The notes beneath the pieces are model-generated. The model did no database searches and was not told the DNA's origin. It saw only the letters and a list, made by a program, of their open reading frames with translations. Positions 1 through 10,394 of a stretch of DNA of 64,000 nt are shown here, piece after piece. The first letter of the stretch is position 1, and each line of letters starts with the position of its first letter. Source of the DNA: Candidatus Woesebacteria bacterium (GTDB lineage: Bacteria > Patescibacteriota > Microgenomatia > UBA8517); the NCBI GenBank assembly GCA_013374835.1, contig CP055307.1:10447-74446 (forward strand). The letters run 5' to 3'. Made by a program: the position numbers and the translations under genes.

Positions 1-3000
1 AATGGAGTAACGCTTACCGATAACGGCACGACTGCTTCAGCAGGAGGAAAATTCAAGCTTGGGAGCGAACATATTCCTGCAAATAATGAGTATTTATCAG
101 CTGCTTCTACTATAAGCGGAGTTAAAAGTGTGAGCTTTTGGGTAAATCCAGACAGTAATACTAATTATTATATAAGCCTTACTTCATCGGCATATATTAC
201 ATCCACCTCAGGCACACTTTCTGCCAGCGGATTTAGCGATCCTAAAATTTATGTAAATGGAGTTAAGTCCAGCTCTATTTCAGCTAATACATGGTCTTTA
301 GTAACCGTTACCGACACAACTTCCATTGATGCAAACCAATTTTATGTAGGAAGGCAGGGATCAAACTATTTTGACGGGACCATGGATGAAGTTAGGCTAT
401 ATAATCGTGTTCTTTCGTCTGATGAGGTACGGTGGCTTTATGAATGGGCGCCGGGTCCAGGAGGATATTGGAAGTTCGATGAAGGTACAGGCAGTACGAC
501 CTATGATGTTTCAGGGAATTCAAATAATACAAGCTTTATAAATTCTCCTTTGTGGACAATAGGCAAAATAGGCTCTGCATTAGATTTTAACCCAACAGAT
601 ATGGATTCAGTATCTGTAGCTGGCAATAGTGTAATTTCCCCAACAACTTCTGGAACTATAATGGCATGGGTTAATTCAAATCGCAGTTACCCAAGTGACA
701 CTACTGATTTCAGATATAGAAATATAGTTAATAATTTTTCAAGCGGCAGCTGCACAGGAGCAAATTCATTTATTTTATCATGGACAGGTACAAATTCAGG
801 TGCTGATATTTATGGATGGTTGTGTGACGGGACAAATACTGATTATATTTCCTATTCAACAACTTTTACACCAGGCACTTGGTACCATGTGGCTATGGTA
901 TGGGACGGTGCTTATCAATATATATATTTAAACGGGATAATGGTAAAAAAAGAAACACAAACAATAAATGCACAGAATTCTTCAAATAATGTTAATATTG
1001 GATGCGGCTACGCTTCGACCTGTAATAACTGGGCTTACGCATGGGACGGGAAAATTGATGAAGTAAAAATTTACACTTACGCCCGTTCTCCACAACAAAT
1101 TGTGGAAGATATGAACGCCGGACATCCGACAGGTGGCTCACCTATCGGATCCCAAGTAGCAAGGTGGAAGTTTGATGATATGAATGGTACGACTGCTAAA
1201 GACAGCGGGCCGAATGGACAAAACTTGACACTTGTTAATACTCCCACCTGGACTTCTTTGGGCAAGCTTGAAGGGGCGCTTTCGTTTGCCAGTGCTTCGA
1301 GTGAATATGGATATGCCGCGGACAGTACTTCCCTTTCAATTACAGGAAGTTTAACCCTTTCGGCATGGATAAAACCAAGCTCAAATACCGCTTCAACATT
1401 CTATGATATTGCAGGCAAGTGGGATGGAACGAATGAAAGCTATCTTTTAACGCAATATGGGGATGAAATACGCTTTTATATTGATAGCAGCAGTGGGTAT
1501 ATAGAAACAACTACCGCAAACCTTGCTACAGGAACCTGGTATCATGTGGCGGGTGTTTATGATTCTGTGCTTCAAACTATGAAGATTTATATAAATGGTG
1601 TAGCGCAGTCAACTACTTCAACTACAGTGCCATCTTCAATTGGGGACGACGGAGGGAGATTCCATGTAGGTGCGAGCCATTCAACCGGCGGCAGCCCTTC
1701 AAATTTTTATAACGGTGTAATTGACGAAGTACACCTATATAATTCGGCCTTGAGCGATTCGCAGATTGCTATTGATTATAATTTCGGATCTGCAGTTAAT
1801 TATTCATCAGGTTATGAAGAAACGGATGATCTGGGAGATGGAGCGGGAAATCCGCCTATCGGCTATTGGCCTTTAGATGAAAACACAGGCACCAGCACTA
1901 CTTACGACAAATCAGGGAACGGCTATAACGGAACTCTAGGGGGTATACAAGAAGATGACTGGGTACCGGGAATGTTCGGCTCAGCTCTGGGCTTTGATGC
2001 AGCAAATGATTATGTACAAATTGCTGATAATGATGTGTTTTCCATAAACAACACAAACGAGATGACTGTGGGAGCTTGGATTAAACCTACTTCTGTATCC
2101 GGCACCACCTATATCGTCAGCAAAAGGTCCTCAAGCAATTATGAATGGCACTTGAACATAGCCTCCGGGTATTTACACGCTCATATATATACTCTTGCTG
2201 GATCTGATTATATGTATGCATTTGCTCCTACAACAATCAATGCCGGTGAATGGCATTACGTTGCATTTACAGCTGATTTAAACGCACCCGACCTTAAACT
2301 ATATATCGACGGGAAAGTGGTTGCCCAAGACACTACCTCTTCAGGAACTTATGGCAATGGCTCAGCCCCAGTCCGAATAGCAGAAGATGCAAACGGCGCG
2401 GGAGATTACAACGGAATAATTGATGAGGTGAAAATATATAATTATGCCCGCACTCAAGCCCAAATTGTCTATGATTATAACCGAGGGAGGCCAGTCGGAC
2501 ACTGGAAGTTCGACGAATGCCAAGGAACAACGGCTTATGATTCAAGCGGTAACGGCAAAAACGGTACTATAAGCCTTGGAGCTACACCTGCCGGCACTTG
2601 TACAGGATCTACAGGTGAGGCTTGGTATGAAGGCGCAAGTGGAAAGATTAATGCAAGCCTTAAGTTTGACGGAAGCGATGATTATGTTTACGTTACTAAT
2701 AACAGCATCCACAATATGGGCTCTGGGGATTTTACATTATCCGCTTGGTTTAAGACCTCAACAACCAGTACGGGAAATATAGTAGGCAAAGGCAGTACTT
2801 ATACCACGGGCAAGAGATACCAAATAAATATTAACGATACGACCGACTGTGCAAGTGGAAAGATTAAAGTTGAGATTGATGACGACACTACAAAAGAATT
2901 CATCTGCTCAACTTCAAGCTCGCTCAACAACAATTCCTGGCATCATGTGGTAATGATAAGAGACGGGAATAATTTGAGGCTTTTTATTGACGGAACTGAG

Positions 3001-3207
3001 GATACGAATTCCCCAAACGACATTACAGGATACGGAAATATAGACAGCAGCCGTGATTTTTATATTGGAGCGATTTATCAGGAAGGACTTGGCATAGCCG
3101 ATTATTACAATGGTTTGGTAGATGACGTAAGACTTTATAATTATGCTCTTTCAGCTAGTCAAGTACGAAAAGTTTATAACACAGAAGCAGCGGTGAGGTT
3201 TTGGTAA
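1..3207 (+). CDS. Large surface protein with tandem LamG-like (concanavalin A jelly-roll) domains; 5'-partial
   Basis: Frame is open from base 1 (NGVTLTDNGTTA...), so the real start lies upstream of the window. Repeated WKFDE-G-G...D-SGN, WYHVA and G-IDEV-IYN motifs mark about 5 LamG modules. Confidence 0.85.
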   Translation, partial: NGVTLTDNGTTASAGGKFKLGSEHIPANNEYLSAASTISGVKSVSFWVNPDSNTNYYISLTSSAYITSTSGTLSASGFSDPKIYVNGVKSSSISANTWSLVTVTDTTSIDANQFYVGRQGSNYFDGTMDEVRLYNRVLSSDEVRWLYEWAPGPGGYWKFDEGTGSTTYDVSGNSNNTSFINSPLWTIGKIGSALDFNPTDMDSVSVAGNSVISPTTSGTIMAWVNSNRSYPSDTTDFRYRNIVNNFSSGSCTGANSFILSWTGTNSGADIYGWLCDGTNTDYISYSTTFTPGTWYHVAMVWDGAYQYIYLNGIMVKKETQTINAQNSSNNVNIGCGYASTCNNWAYAWDGKIDEVKIYTYARSPQQIVEDMNAGHPTGGSPIGSQVARWKFDDMNGTTAKDSGPNGQNLTLVNTPTWTSLGKLEGALSFASASSEYGYAADSTSLSITGSLTLSAWIKPSSNTASTFYDIAGKWDGTNESYLLTQYGDEIRFYIDSSSGYIETTTANLATGTWYHVAGVYDSVLQTMKIYINGVAQSTTSTTVPSSIGDDGGRFHVGASHSTGGSPSNFYNGVIDEVHLYNSALSDSQIAIDYNFGSAVNYSSGYEETDDLGDGAGNPPIGYWPLDENTGTSTTYDKSGNGYNGTLGGIQEDDWVPGMFGSALGFDAANDYVQIADNDVFSINNTNEMTVGAWIKPTSVSGTTYIVSKRSSSNYEWHLNIASGYLHAHIYTLAGSDYMYAFAPTTINAGEWHYVAFTADLNAPDLKLYIDGKVVAQDTTSSGTYGNGSAPVRIAEDANGAGDYNGIIDEVKIYNYARTQAQIVYDYNRGRPVGHWKFDECQGTTAYDSSGNGKNGTISLGATPAGTCTGSTGEAWYEGASGKINASLKFDGSDDYVYVTNNSIHNMGSGDFTLSAWFKTSTTSTGNIVGKGSTYTTGKRYQININDTTDCASGKIKVEIDDDTTKEFICSTSSSLNNNSWHHVVMIRDGNNLRLFIDGTEDTNSPNDITGYGNIDSSRDFYIGAIYQEGLGIADYYNGLVDDVRLYNYALSASQVRKVYNTEAAVRFW

Positions 3208-3221
3208 AATAAAATTAAACT

Positions 3222-5342
3222 TTATACTGAATAATTATCAACCCATATCACATAATCTAGACCATCAACACGGCCATCTTCATTGAAGTCGCCTTGTGAG
3301 GGGCTGGAGACGTTTATGAATCCATAGTTGTCCACCCATATCACATAATCAAGCCCGTCAACCCGCCCATCCCCGTTTGCATCGCCGGGTTTTGAAAAAT
3401 TAATAGGAGTAGGTGTAACTGGAATAGGAATATAATTTCCACCCTGAACTAAACGGATGAATTCACTACCATTAGGCAATTCTTCAACATAAGCATAAGA
3501 TGCACCAATCTTTTTGTATTTAAACCAGTTACCAGTTTTACTTCTATAATAAGCTAAAGCCTCTGGATCCCATACCTCAGGTATATCATTGAAAAGTTCC
3601 ATATCAGTAAATAGTTTGGCTCTTTGCTGACTCCAGATGGCTTTTTCATTGCTTACCTGATAATTACCCACTAAAGAAAGTTCAGGCAAACCTCCGAGAA
3701 GAGCGGAAACAGTATCGTCTGTATTTTTTTCATTGCTTTCACGAGTCCAGGAATAACTACCAGTGAGAGCAACACGGAGGGGATGATTAATTTTTATGGA
3801 ACTGTAATAGCTTTTATAGGTTTCAGCTCCTTGCCAAGTATAAAAGGCGAATGGCATAATCCAAGGAGAAAGATATTCACTCATAATAGCAAAGTCTGGT
3901 TTGTGTACAAGAAAATTAGAGATGGCACTTACCTCCCCTGTAATATAGTCGTGGCCGTCTATAACCTTTTTCCCGGTTGAAAACATAAAGCCATGATCCA
4001 TGCCAAGAATATCCATATAAGCTCCTTGGCTTTTGTGGGTAGCAAGATAATTACCCAGATTTCTAACCAAATAGTTTTGAAATTTAGTTGAGCCAGGGTG
4101 AAGGACATACAAGGATGAACCATCAAAATAATTTACTTTAATATCTGACCAATAATTCTGCCAGTTTTGCGGAGTACTTTCGTAGTCGGGGTTAAAGCTA
4201 TACCCGGGAGGCAGATAACCCTGTGCGGATAATTGAGATAGTCTTGAAGAGGTACCCGAATCTGAATGAATAAGAGTCCAAGGGTGATAAAGAACAATAG
4301 GCATTTGATTAGCATTGAGAAGATTGGTAACCTCAGGAGTAGGCATACCGATCACTCTTGCCAGAGTATGATCACCGAATAAAACAATTCTATCACCATT
4401 CCAAAGGAAAAAAAGGATTTTTTTGGGATCAATGTTAAGCTTACCAGGGTCTTTTAACTCGCTAACTAATTGGCTAGCTCGAGAATAATTGTTTGTGCCC
4501 CAAAACATAGCATGAATATTTCTAACCCAGGGTGAAGTATTTTTCCAAAGAGGCTTTGCACCTGTTCTTTCTTCGAACTTAACACGCCAACGCTTTGCTG
4601 CTTTGTTCCAAGCTTTATATGTGCCAATACGCCATACTGGTGAAACAATTTTTTGAGAATTGGATTCTTTGGGATCGCGGCCGGTATTTAATAAGAGCGT
4701 GTCATAACTATTTTGATGATTTAGATTGATATTGTGAGGTGGATAACTGGTTGTTTCCGCCCAAAAAGCGGCCACGGAGTTATTGCCTTCGACAACTGCC
4801 ATAATTGGAGAGGGAAAGCTACTGTGATTGGAAGAATCATTGGAAGGAGGATCGCCTCGCTTGTATTTAGCACCACTCCCAAGTATAACTGAGGATTGGG
4901 TAATATTAATAATTGGTAAATCAAGCGATGATGGAATCCCATTACCCAAAGCAGTAAGCTGGATTAAAACCTCACCTGTTGTGTCAATATTGATATCAAA
5001 AATTAACTGCCTAGTCGAGATTGTGTAGATTAATCTGCCTTGGTTCGAATTTAATTTCTGAAATTCAACCGAGCTCGTTTCAGACGGCATAAATCCATTT
5101 GAAAAATATGGCCGATTAACCCAGGCACTGGTTTTAACCAACTCTTCACCTGAAGATATATCCTTAATGAAATTTATAACACCACCTTCGATAGACATTT
5201 CTAACTGAGATGTTTGAATTATGAGAATCTTATTAGCAAATAAAAAGTATTTATCTGATTGAGCTAAAATCTTAGGGGGGTTAAGGAAAATAAGTAAACC
5301 AAGCACCAAATGTAAAATTATACGACAGGTAAATTTTAACAT
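3222..5342 (-). CDS. Secreted putative glycoside hydrolase with Pro/Thr linker and C-terminal dockerin
   Basis: Signal peptide; aromatic-rich body with GAYMDILG; PIPVTPTP linker; duplicated GD(A/F)NxDGRVDGLDYVIWVDNY. The hydrolase call is inference. Confidence 0.6.
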   Translation of the reverse strand: MLKFTCRIILHLVLGLLIFLNPPKILAQSDKYFLFANKILIIQTSQLEMSIEGGVINFIKDISSGEELVKTSAWVNRPYFSNGFMPSETSSVEFQKLNSNQGRLIYTISTRQLIFDINIDTTGEVLIQLTALGNGIPSSLDLPIINITQSSVILGSGAKYKRGDPPSNDSSNHSSFPSPIMAVVEGNNSVAAFWAETTSYPPHNINLNHQNSYDTLLLNTGRDPKESNSQKIVSPVWRIGTYKAWNKAAKRWRVKFEERTGAKPLWKNTSPWVRNIHAMFWGTNNYSRASQLVSELKDPGKLNIDPKKILFFLWNGDRIVLFGDHTLARVIGMPTPEVTNLLNANQMPIVLYHPWTLIHSDSGTSSRLSQLSAQGYLPPGYSFNPDYESTPQNWQNYWSDIKVNYFDGSSLYVLHPGSTKFQNYLVRNLGNYLATHKSQGAYMDILGMDHGFMFSTGKKVIDGHDYITGEVSAISNFLVHKPDFAIMSEYLSPWIMPFAFYTWQGAETYKSYYSSIKINHPLRVALTGSYSWTRESNEKNTDDTVSALLGGLPELSLVGNYQVSNEKAIWSQQRAKLFTDMELFNDIPEVWDPEALAYYRSKTGNWFKYKKIGASYAYVEELPNGSEFIRLVQGGNYIPIPVTPTPINFSKPGDANGDGRVDGLDYVIWVDNYGFINVSSPSQGDFNEDGRVDGLDYVIWVDNYSV

Positions 5343-5416
5343 TAATTAAGTATAACAATGACAACAAGAAAAATTAAAAAAATATAAGTTTGATTTTTTT
5401 AAATCTAAACTAAAAT

Positions 5417-6907
5417 TTAAACCAAATAATTATCCACCCAGATTACATAGTCGAGGCCATCTATCTTGCCATCCCTGTTGAAATCTCCCTGAGAAACACT
5501 GGCTCCTGAACTTATACCATAATTGTCAACCCAGATGACATAATCCAATCCGTCAACACGGCCGTCGCCATTAGCATCACCCAACTTAATCTGTGGGGTT
5601 GAGGAAGGGGTTTGCGTAGGACGCGGAGATCCCTCAAAACTAACGAAATCTCCCCTGCTATCTGGGATCGTTATTGAAGTTACTCTATTACCATTTCTAT
5701 CAAAGTATGTTTTGTCTGTTGGAAGCGAAATTGTTTTTGTGCTTCCGGTAAAATTCATATATATCATGCCCTTTGTTGTCTGGCGCTGGTACAAGCGATA
5801 GCCACGAGAACGGCCGGATTCTTGTTCACTTTGGAATTCACCAATTGGATCACCTATTTTGTTACGTATATCCTGAAAAATTTGCGGATTAATTTCTTTT
5901 TTAGTAGTGGCTGATTGTAAACAATGAAAAAAGTTATCTCCTCTTACCATCAAATAGCCTATATATGCTGTACGAACAACATCTTGATTATCAGGTATAT
6001 CGCGGACTCTTAGAAGCGCTACCTTATTTTGTTGGGCAAACCATTTGGTTCGATTCCACCAATCATACAGGGTATCTCGATTAATCGACGACAAATCCAT
6101 CGATGCAAATAAATCCTCGTGCATTATTCCATGAATATCTTTGTAAACATACTCAAATTTACTCCAATCTCCCATAGATCCCATATTTACCATTATCTTT
6201 ACATCGGGGTATTTTGCTTTGATTTTTCTGAAAAAAGTTGCAATATCCTCATAATACTCAGCTGGAGTTTTCCAAAAAGGATCATTCATAACAAGTCCAG
6301 AGCTTCCAAAACGAACAAAATTTCCACTGTCATCAAAAACACCATAGTTACTAGGGCTAAACATTCCATTATCAGAGCCTATCCAATCAGCAGGACCCAG
6401 GGTTGTTTGTCCAGGATAGGCAATTTTTCTGACATATTCATTAACAAAAAAATCGATAAAACGATCATCTGCCACGTCAGCAAGCTGAAAATTGTTACCC
6501 GATGGATAACCCCAAGCTGCATAAACATATCTTGTCTTACCTTGATATGTCGCGGTAACCATTACCGGAGGTCTACCTGCGGCAATCTCAGAATTATTAA
6601 GAGCAATCAGTTTTGAATAAGGAAAACCTGTGTGTCCTCCTGTTTCATCCCAAGTATTAAAATGATGAAAACGTGCGTGTTTAACTTTAAGTCCGTCCGG
6701 AGACATTTTAGTAAAAACATCATTTAAAGCGCCAAAGACTACTGCCCCCATTCCTTTCCAATCATCGTTATAGGGATAAACAAAGATGCTACCTCTCTCG
6801 CTTTTAGTGGGAACTGTTCTTTCTGCTTCTACCGGCTCTACAAGTGCAAACATTAAGGCTATAGATATAACAAGAAGAACAAATAAATTCAGAAGTTTGT
6901 TGCCCAT
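5417..6907 (-). CDS. Secreted putative glycoside hydrolase (TIM-barrel-like) with C-terminal dockerin
   Basis: Signal peptide; WIGSDNG, KIMVNMG and HGIMHE segments resemble putative GH barrels; PT linker; dockerin. Confidence 0.6.
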   Translation of the reverse strand: MGNKLLNLFVLLVISIALMFALVEPVEAERTVPTKSERGSIFVYPYNDDWKGMGAVVFGALNDVFTKMSPDGLKVKHARFHHFNTWDETGGHTGFPYSKLIALNNSEIAAGRPPVMVTATYQGKTRYVYAAWGYPSGNNFQLADVADDRFIDFFVNEYVRKIAYPGQTTLGPADWIGSDNGMFSPSNYGVFDDSGNFVRFGSSGLVMNDPFWKTPAEYYEDIATFFRKIKAKYPDVKIMVNMGSMGDWSKFEYVYKDIHGIMHEDLFASMDLSSINRDTLYDWWNRTKWFAQQNKVALLRVRDIPDNQDVVRTAYIGYLMVRGDNFFHCLQSATTKKEINPQIFQDIRNKIGDPIGEFQSEQESGRSRGYRLYQRQTTKGMIYMNFTGSTKTISLPTDKTYFDRNGNRVTSITIPDSRGDFVSFEGSPRPTQTPSSTPQIKLGDANGDGRVDGLDYVIWVDNYGISSGASVSQGDFNRDGKIDGLDYVIWVDNYLV

Positions 6908-6932
6908 AATTTATGGTAACATAAAATTAAAA

Positions 6933-8216
6933 TCAAGTATTGTAATTATCCACCCAAATAACATAGTCAAGGCCATCGACCTTGCCATCCCTGTTGAAAT
7001 CTCCCTGAGAAACACTGGCCCCTGAGCTTGTACCGTAATTATCTACCCAGATGACATAATCCAATCCGTCAACACGGCCATCGCCATTAGCATCACCCCG
7101 TACAACCAGAGATGTAGCTGTTGGCATGGGAGAAAATGACGGAATTGGAATGCTTGGACAAAAGCTTGGGGAGTTTGGTGCGTTAACTTTAAGCCAACCG
7201 GGGATTATGCTTGCTGAGATGCTGTAAAGAGCACAATGCTGATTTTGATAGATATAGCTGCTACCGCTTTTTGAACCTAGCTGAGAGGAGAACATCCCAT
7301 GACGCCACGGCCACCAAGAAATTGTGTCAGCACCACCTGACTGTGAGACAAGACAAGCCCACCGTTCCATAGTAGATGGGCTTGGCATGTATTCTGCACC
7401 CATGGCTCCTAGAAGCATGTTTATTTTTACATTCGGATCGCGAGATTTAATATAATTTCGCTCTCTTTCAAAAAATATTTGCATTTCTTCTGCCGTATCG
7501 GTTGAAGGATCAGAGTCTTTCTCGTGAGTTTCATAATTAGGATAATCGTGAAGAAGAGCTATGTCTGCCTCCCCCGCTTCAAAGCCACGTTTTATTCCAT
7601 CACCGTTAATATTATCGTACCCCTCCATTTGTATCGCAGATCGGTAGTGAACAAACATTGGCACCCAAGTTCCATCATCTCTCATTGTTATTTCCTTATT
7701 TTTTTGATAAATCTCTTTACGTTGCGCCGTAACAAGATAATTTAGCCTGTTACCAATTCTCCAATCATCCATTACCTGATGATTCATTGTATAAGCATAA
7801 TTTCCTGCTATAGCAGGATGATATTTAAGGGCTTTGTTTGGAGCATATTTGTTATTAACTGGTATTTGATAATTAAAAAGATGATTAAATTTATTATATG
7901 CATCTGTCGGATCAAAAGTTGATCCCCCGAAACCACCCTTTTGATAAAGGGTGTTAAATACCACCTTTATATTGTTATCAGCTGCAGCATTTAAAACTTT
8001 TAAACCTTCGATTGGATCGCTATTATAAAGGGGGTACATTATCCAATTGATTCCGATCGACTTCAAATACGGAAAATCCGAAGTTTCCCAAACGCCATAA
8101 ACACCGTGGTATGTAGAATGCTTGGAGCCAATACACTGCATTGCATATGATTTGTTGGGAGTAATTAAAAAAGTGACAACTAAAATAAATATTATAAAAA
8201 TCAATTTTTTTCTCAT
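6933..8216 (-). CDS. Secreted putative glycoside-hydrolase-like protein with C-terminal dockerin
   Basis: Signal peptide; barrel-like segments (LKSIGINWI, YHPAIAG, ADIALLHDYP, ISWWPW); dockerin. Confidence 0.5.
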   Translation of the reverse strand: MRKKLIFIIFILVVTFLITPNKSYAMQCIGSKHSTYHGVYGVWETSDFPYLKSIGINWIMYPLYNSDPIEGLKVLNAAADNNIKVVFNTLYQKGGFGGSTFDPTDAYNKFNHLFNYQIPVNNKYAPNKALKYHPAIAGNYAYTMNHQVMDDWRIGNRLNYLVTAQRKEIYQKNKEITMRDDGTWVPMFVHYRSAIQMEGYDNINGDGIKRGFEAGEADIALLHDYPNYETHEKDSDPSTDTAEEMQIFFERERNYIKSRDPNVKINMLLGAMGAEYMPSPSTMERWACLVSQSGGADTISWWPWRHGMFSSQLGSKSGSSYIYQNQHCALYSISASIIPGWLKVNAPNSPSFCPSIPIPSFSPMPTATSLVVRGDANGDGRVDGLDYVIWVDNYGTSSGASVSQGDFNRDGKVDGLDYVIWVDNYNT

Positions 8217-9295
8217 AATTCATAATTATTTATCCAGATTACGTAGTCAAGGCCATCGACCTTGTGGTCGTTATTAAAATCCCCTTGAGAAACACTCTTT
8301 TCTTCTGAATTCATACCATAATTATCTACCCAAATAACATAATCAAGGCCATCGACCTTGCCATCCCCGTTTGCATCTCCCAACTTAGAAGGAGTAATTG
8401 AAGGGCTAGGAGAAATAGAGGGAAAAGTAGTAGGGATAGATGAGGGTGACTGTGTGGGGGTAGAAGTTTGTGTGGGATAGGGGGTAAAGACTGGACTAGC
8501 GGTAGGTAAAGGGGTATGATTTGTATGAGATTGCGAGATAGCAACATCATCGACGTAAATACTTACATGAGAGGGGGAGATGCTGTCTGTATAATTATTT
8601 ACACTCCACTGAATAGGAGTATCTGTAAGGGCTGTATGAGCTGATGGTACGTCAAAAATCTTCTGACCGTCCTGCCAGATAGCTACTCGTCCAGAATTTC
8701 CTGTATCAAGACGATAAAACCCTTCAATTAAAAACCACCTATCCCTAGGTACAGCAATGGGGTTAGTTTGCCGATATATCTTTTTTAAGCTATTACTATC
8801 AGGACGATAATAGAGCATAAGACTTACCGGATTTGTATTACCAGCAGTTCCTGCGTCTAAAGACCACATTGGAGTTGAGACGTTTGATGAACTTAGAGAT
8901 TTCCATTGCCAGATGTTCCACCATGCCCCGGGATTAATATTTGAGGGAATATAGTACCACGCCGAGAAATAGTTTTCTTTTGTAGGAAGCGCTTTCCACC
9001 TAAACAGATAGGCAGCTTGGGATCCCCCAGCAGAGAGGTCGATTTCGAGTGCTACTGCGTATTTTCCTGAATGAACGGGGAAGCTAACAACTGTTGCTTT
9101 ACCACTTACTCCCTGCCTAATAAAATCACCTCCGCCATCAGAATTCCAATCGGATATGTTCCCACTTTCAAAGCCAGTAGACCACAAGACTGAACTTTGA
9201 GCATAAGAGAAGGAAGGAAATAAATAAATACATAAAAATAAAATAAAAGAGATTGATATAAATACTTTTCTTATGTACATAAACAATTTTCTCAA
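8213..9295 (-). CDS. Secreted polysaccharide-lyase-like jelly-roll protein with long PT linker and dockerin
   Basis: GFESG, YFSAWYYIP, IWQWK, G.VAIWQDG and IYVDDV motifs of the heparinase-I/polysaccharide lyase type; dockerin. Confidence 0.65.
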   Translation of the reverse strand: MRKLFMYIRKVFISISFILFLCIYLFPSFSYAQSSVLWSTGFESGNISDWNSDGGGDFIRQGVSGKATVVSFPVHSGKYAVALEIDLSAGGSQAAYLFRWKALPTKENYFSAWYYIPSNINPGAWWNIWQWKSLSSSNVSTPMWSLDAGTAGNTNPVSLMLYYRPDSNSLKKIYRQTNPIAVPRDRWFLIEGFYRLDTGNSGRVAIWQDGQKIFDVPSAHTALTDTPIQWSVNNYTDSISPSHVSIYVDDVAISQSHTNHTPLPTASPVFTPYPTQTSTPTQSPSSIPTTFPSISPSPSITPSKLGDANGDGKVDGLDYVIWVDNYGMNSEEKSVSQGDFNNDHKVDGLDYVIWINNYEL

Positions 9296-9319
9296 ACATT
9301 AAGACTTTATTCAAATATA

Positions 9320-10387
9320 TTAAAGATTGAGGGAATCAACTAGCTGTTTGAGCATGGAGACCATAACTGCAGGCGCCATTAGGGATACACTTTCAACGCC
9401 GTTGTCATCCAAAATTCTCCATGGTTTTTCTTTGATATTTACTTTTTTGTTCTTTTTATCATAGCTTAAAATAAATTCAGGAGTAATTTCATAAGGGTCA
9501 AAATATTTACCCACTTCTTTAGCTGGAACGTGATTTCTTAATAAAACCTTTGGAATTCCATGAAGCGAAAATGCTTTTCTTAGTATATCCTCGTCTTTTT
9601 CAAGGCGGGGGCGAATGGGCTCGATACCAAGTTCATCCCCCTCTTTTGCTATCATTCTTTCACCTTTGCAAGAGGGATTGTCACACAGAAGGTAGAATTT
9701 GTGTTCTTTTTCATCGTAGCCTACTTTACTTGTTACCAAAAGTTTTAAGTTTCTTGAAGTTTGGCATTTGGGGCAGATGACGCGGTACTTAATCCGTTCT
9801 GCTATTACCGACTCGGGAATATCAATAAGGACAAAAACATCTGGATCATCACGGTAGTTTATTAAATCCCTGAAATACAGCGAATAGCTCACCTGATCAA
9901 GTTCACGGGGAAGACCGTCGATAAAAAGCACTTTTCCTTCGTGCTCTTTGATATAAAGCTTCATTAGAGCTAGGACAAATTCCGTCGGGAGAAGGTTCGC
10001 AGTAGAACGGCCTTTAAGTGCTTTTACAGCCTCTTCAAAGGATATAAAACCCCGGTAGTAGCTTTTGAGCTCATCTAATTTGTTTTTTGCAATTTTGTCC
10101 CAGTTTGCATCTGCATCACGGACTACATCTCCTACTGAAACGTGGGCTACTTTTTCCTCGCCGAAGATTTCGGTAAAAAGTTTTGAGTAAGTGCCTTTGC
10201 CAGAGTTTTTTTTGCCAAGAAGAAATGCTACAAAAGTGTTTGACTGCATGTAATTTTTGAGGGCTGCTATCTCGCCACCGGCTTTGGCTTCAAAATACTC
10301 ACTTCTCCCTTTTGGGCTATTGATATCAAATTTTTTGTTAAGCCCTTTTACTTTTGTCCCTATTATTGGGAATTCAAGTTTTTTCAT
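9320..10387 (-). CDS. Adenylate/nucleoside-monophosphate kinase family protein with Zn-binding lid
   Basis: P-loop GKKNSGKGT, HVSVGD, IDGLPR, lid CPKC...CDNPSC. Start set at MKKLEF (10387). Confidence 0.75.
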   Translation of the reverse strand: MKKLEFPIIGTKVKGLNKKFDINSPKGRSEYFEAKAGGEIAALKNYMQSNTFVAFLLGKKNSGKGTYSKLFTEIFGEEKVAHVSVGDVVRDADANWDKIAKNKLDELKSYYRGFISFEEAVKALKGRSTANLLPTEFVLALMKLYIKEHEGKVLFIDGLPRELDQVSYSLYFRDLINYRDDPDVFVLIDIPESVIAERIKYRVICPKCQTSRNLKLLVTSKVGYDEKEHKFYLLCDNPSCKGERMIAKEGDELGIEPIRPRLEKDEDILRKAFSLHGIPKVLLRNHVPAKEVGKYFDPYEITPEFILSYDKKNKKVNIKEKPWRILDDNGVESVSLMAPAVMVSMLKQLVDSLNL

Positions 10388-10394
10388 CTTAATA

